Of a stretch of 26,361 bases of DNA, positions 26,231-26,361 are shown piece after piece. The position numbers and the translations under genes are program-made. This stretch comes from a virus. Lineage: Duplodnaviria; Caudoviricetes. Location: positions 1-26,361 of the IMG/VR virus record IMGVR_UViG_3300042399_000926, one strand, 5' to 3'. The notes under the pieces were generated by a model that was not told where the DNA came from, did no database searches, and saw only the letters and a list, made by a program, of their open reading frames with translations. Each line of letters begins with the position of its first letter. Positions within the stretch are counted from its first letter, which is position 1.

Positions 26231-26361
26231 GCGAATAGGTCTTCCAATGAGGAGGTCTTTTCCATCTTCCATTTGATGCAATCAAGGATCTTCTTGAGAG
26301 GATTCTGAAAGTTGATTTCAAACTGTGCGTCATAGTCTATGTATTTGTCGAGTCCGAACTC
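26227..26361 (-). CDS. 43: C-terminus of family-B DNA polymerase gp43 (partial)
   Basis: Translates EFGLDKYIDYDAQFEINFQNPLKKILDCIKWKMEKTSSLEDLFA*: YIDY..QF, I.W and the SLEDLF sliding-clamp-binding motif. Confidence 0.92.
   Translation of the reverse strand, partial: EFGLDKYIDYDAQFEINFQNPLKKILDCIKWKMEKTSSLEDLFA

Noticed and set aside
1-26361. Stop-codon reassignment (none of the 29 visible stops is TAG)
   Set aside because: All genes read full length in code 11 with no internal TAG noticed, TAG is normally the rarest stop, and there is no suppressor tRNA (the loop reads UAU).
1-26361. CRISPR array or long tandem repeats
   Set aside because: None seen; the window is almost entirely coding.

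Overview
Fragment of a large T4-like (Tevenvirinae/Kyanoviridae-like) phage genome. All credible genes are on the minus strand. In transcription order: 3' end of DNA polymerase gp43, an M14-type Zn-carboxypeptidase, and uvsX. Next comes a 20-gene, ~17.7 kb nucleotide-sugar/glycosyltransferase island occupying the slot where T4 has only gp40. After it lie the gp41 helicase, a late-promoter methyltransferase, two small ORFs, an atypical tRNA-Ile(UAU), a GroES-like co-chaperonin and a terminator. The last unit is a late operon with a ligase-motif protein (DUF6267-like) and a long ORF missed by the ORF track, which fuses a HIGH-type nucleotidyltransferase, a RimK ATP-grasp ligase and a retropepsin-like protease. 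The two most striking elements are (i) a contiguous island sub-module (NeuB-like synthase, YerE-like ThDP enzyme, SDR, DHQS-like enzyme, FGGY kinase, SDRs, E1/RfbH 3-dehydrase) whose chemistry fits a caryophyllose/erwiniose-type C4-branched higher-carbon sugar, and (ii) the possibly capsid-packaged NTase-RimK-protease polyprotein. All assignments come from reading motifs by eye; no database searches were run.
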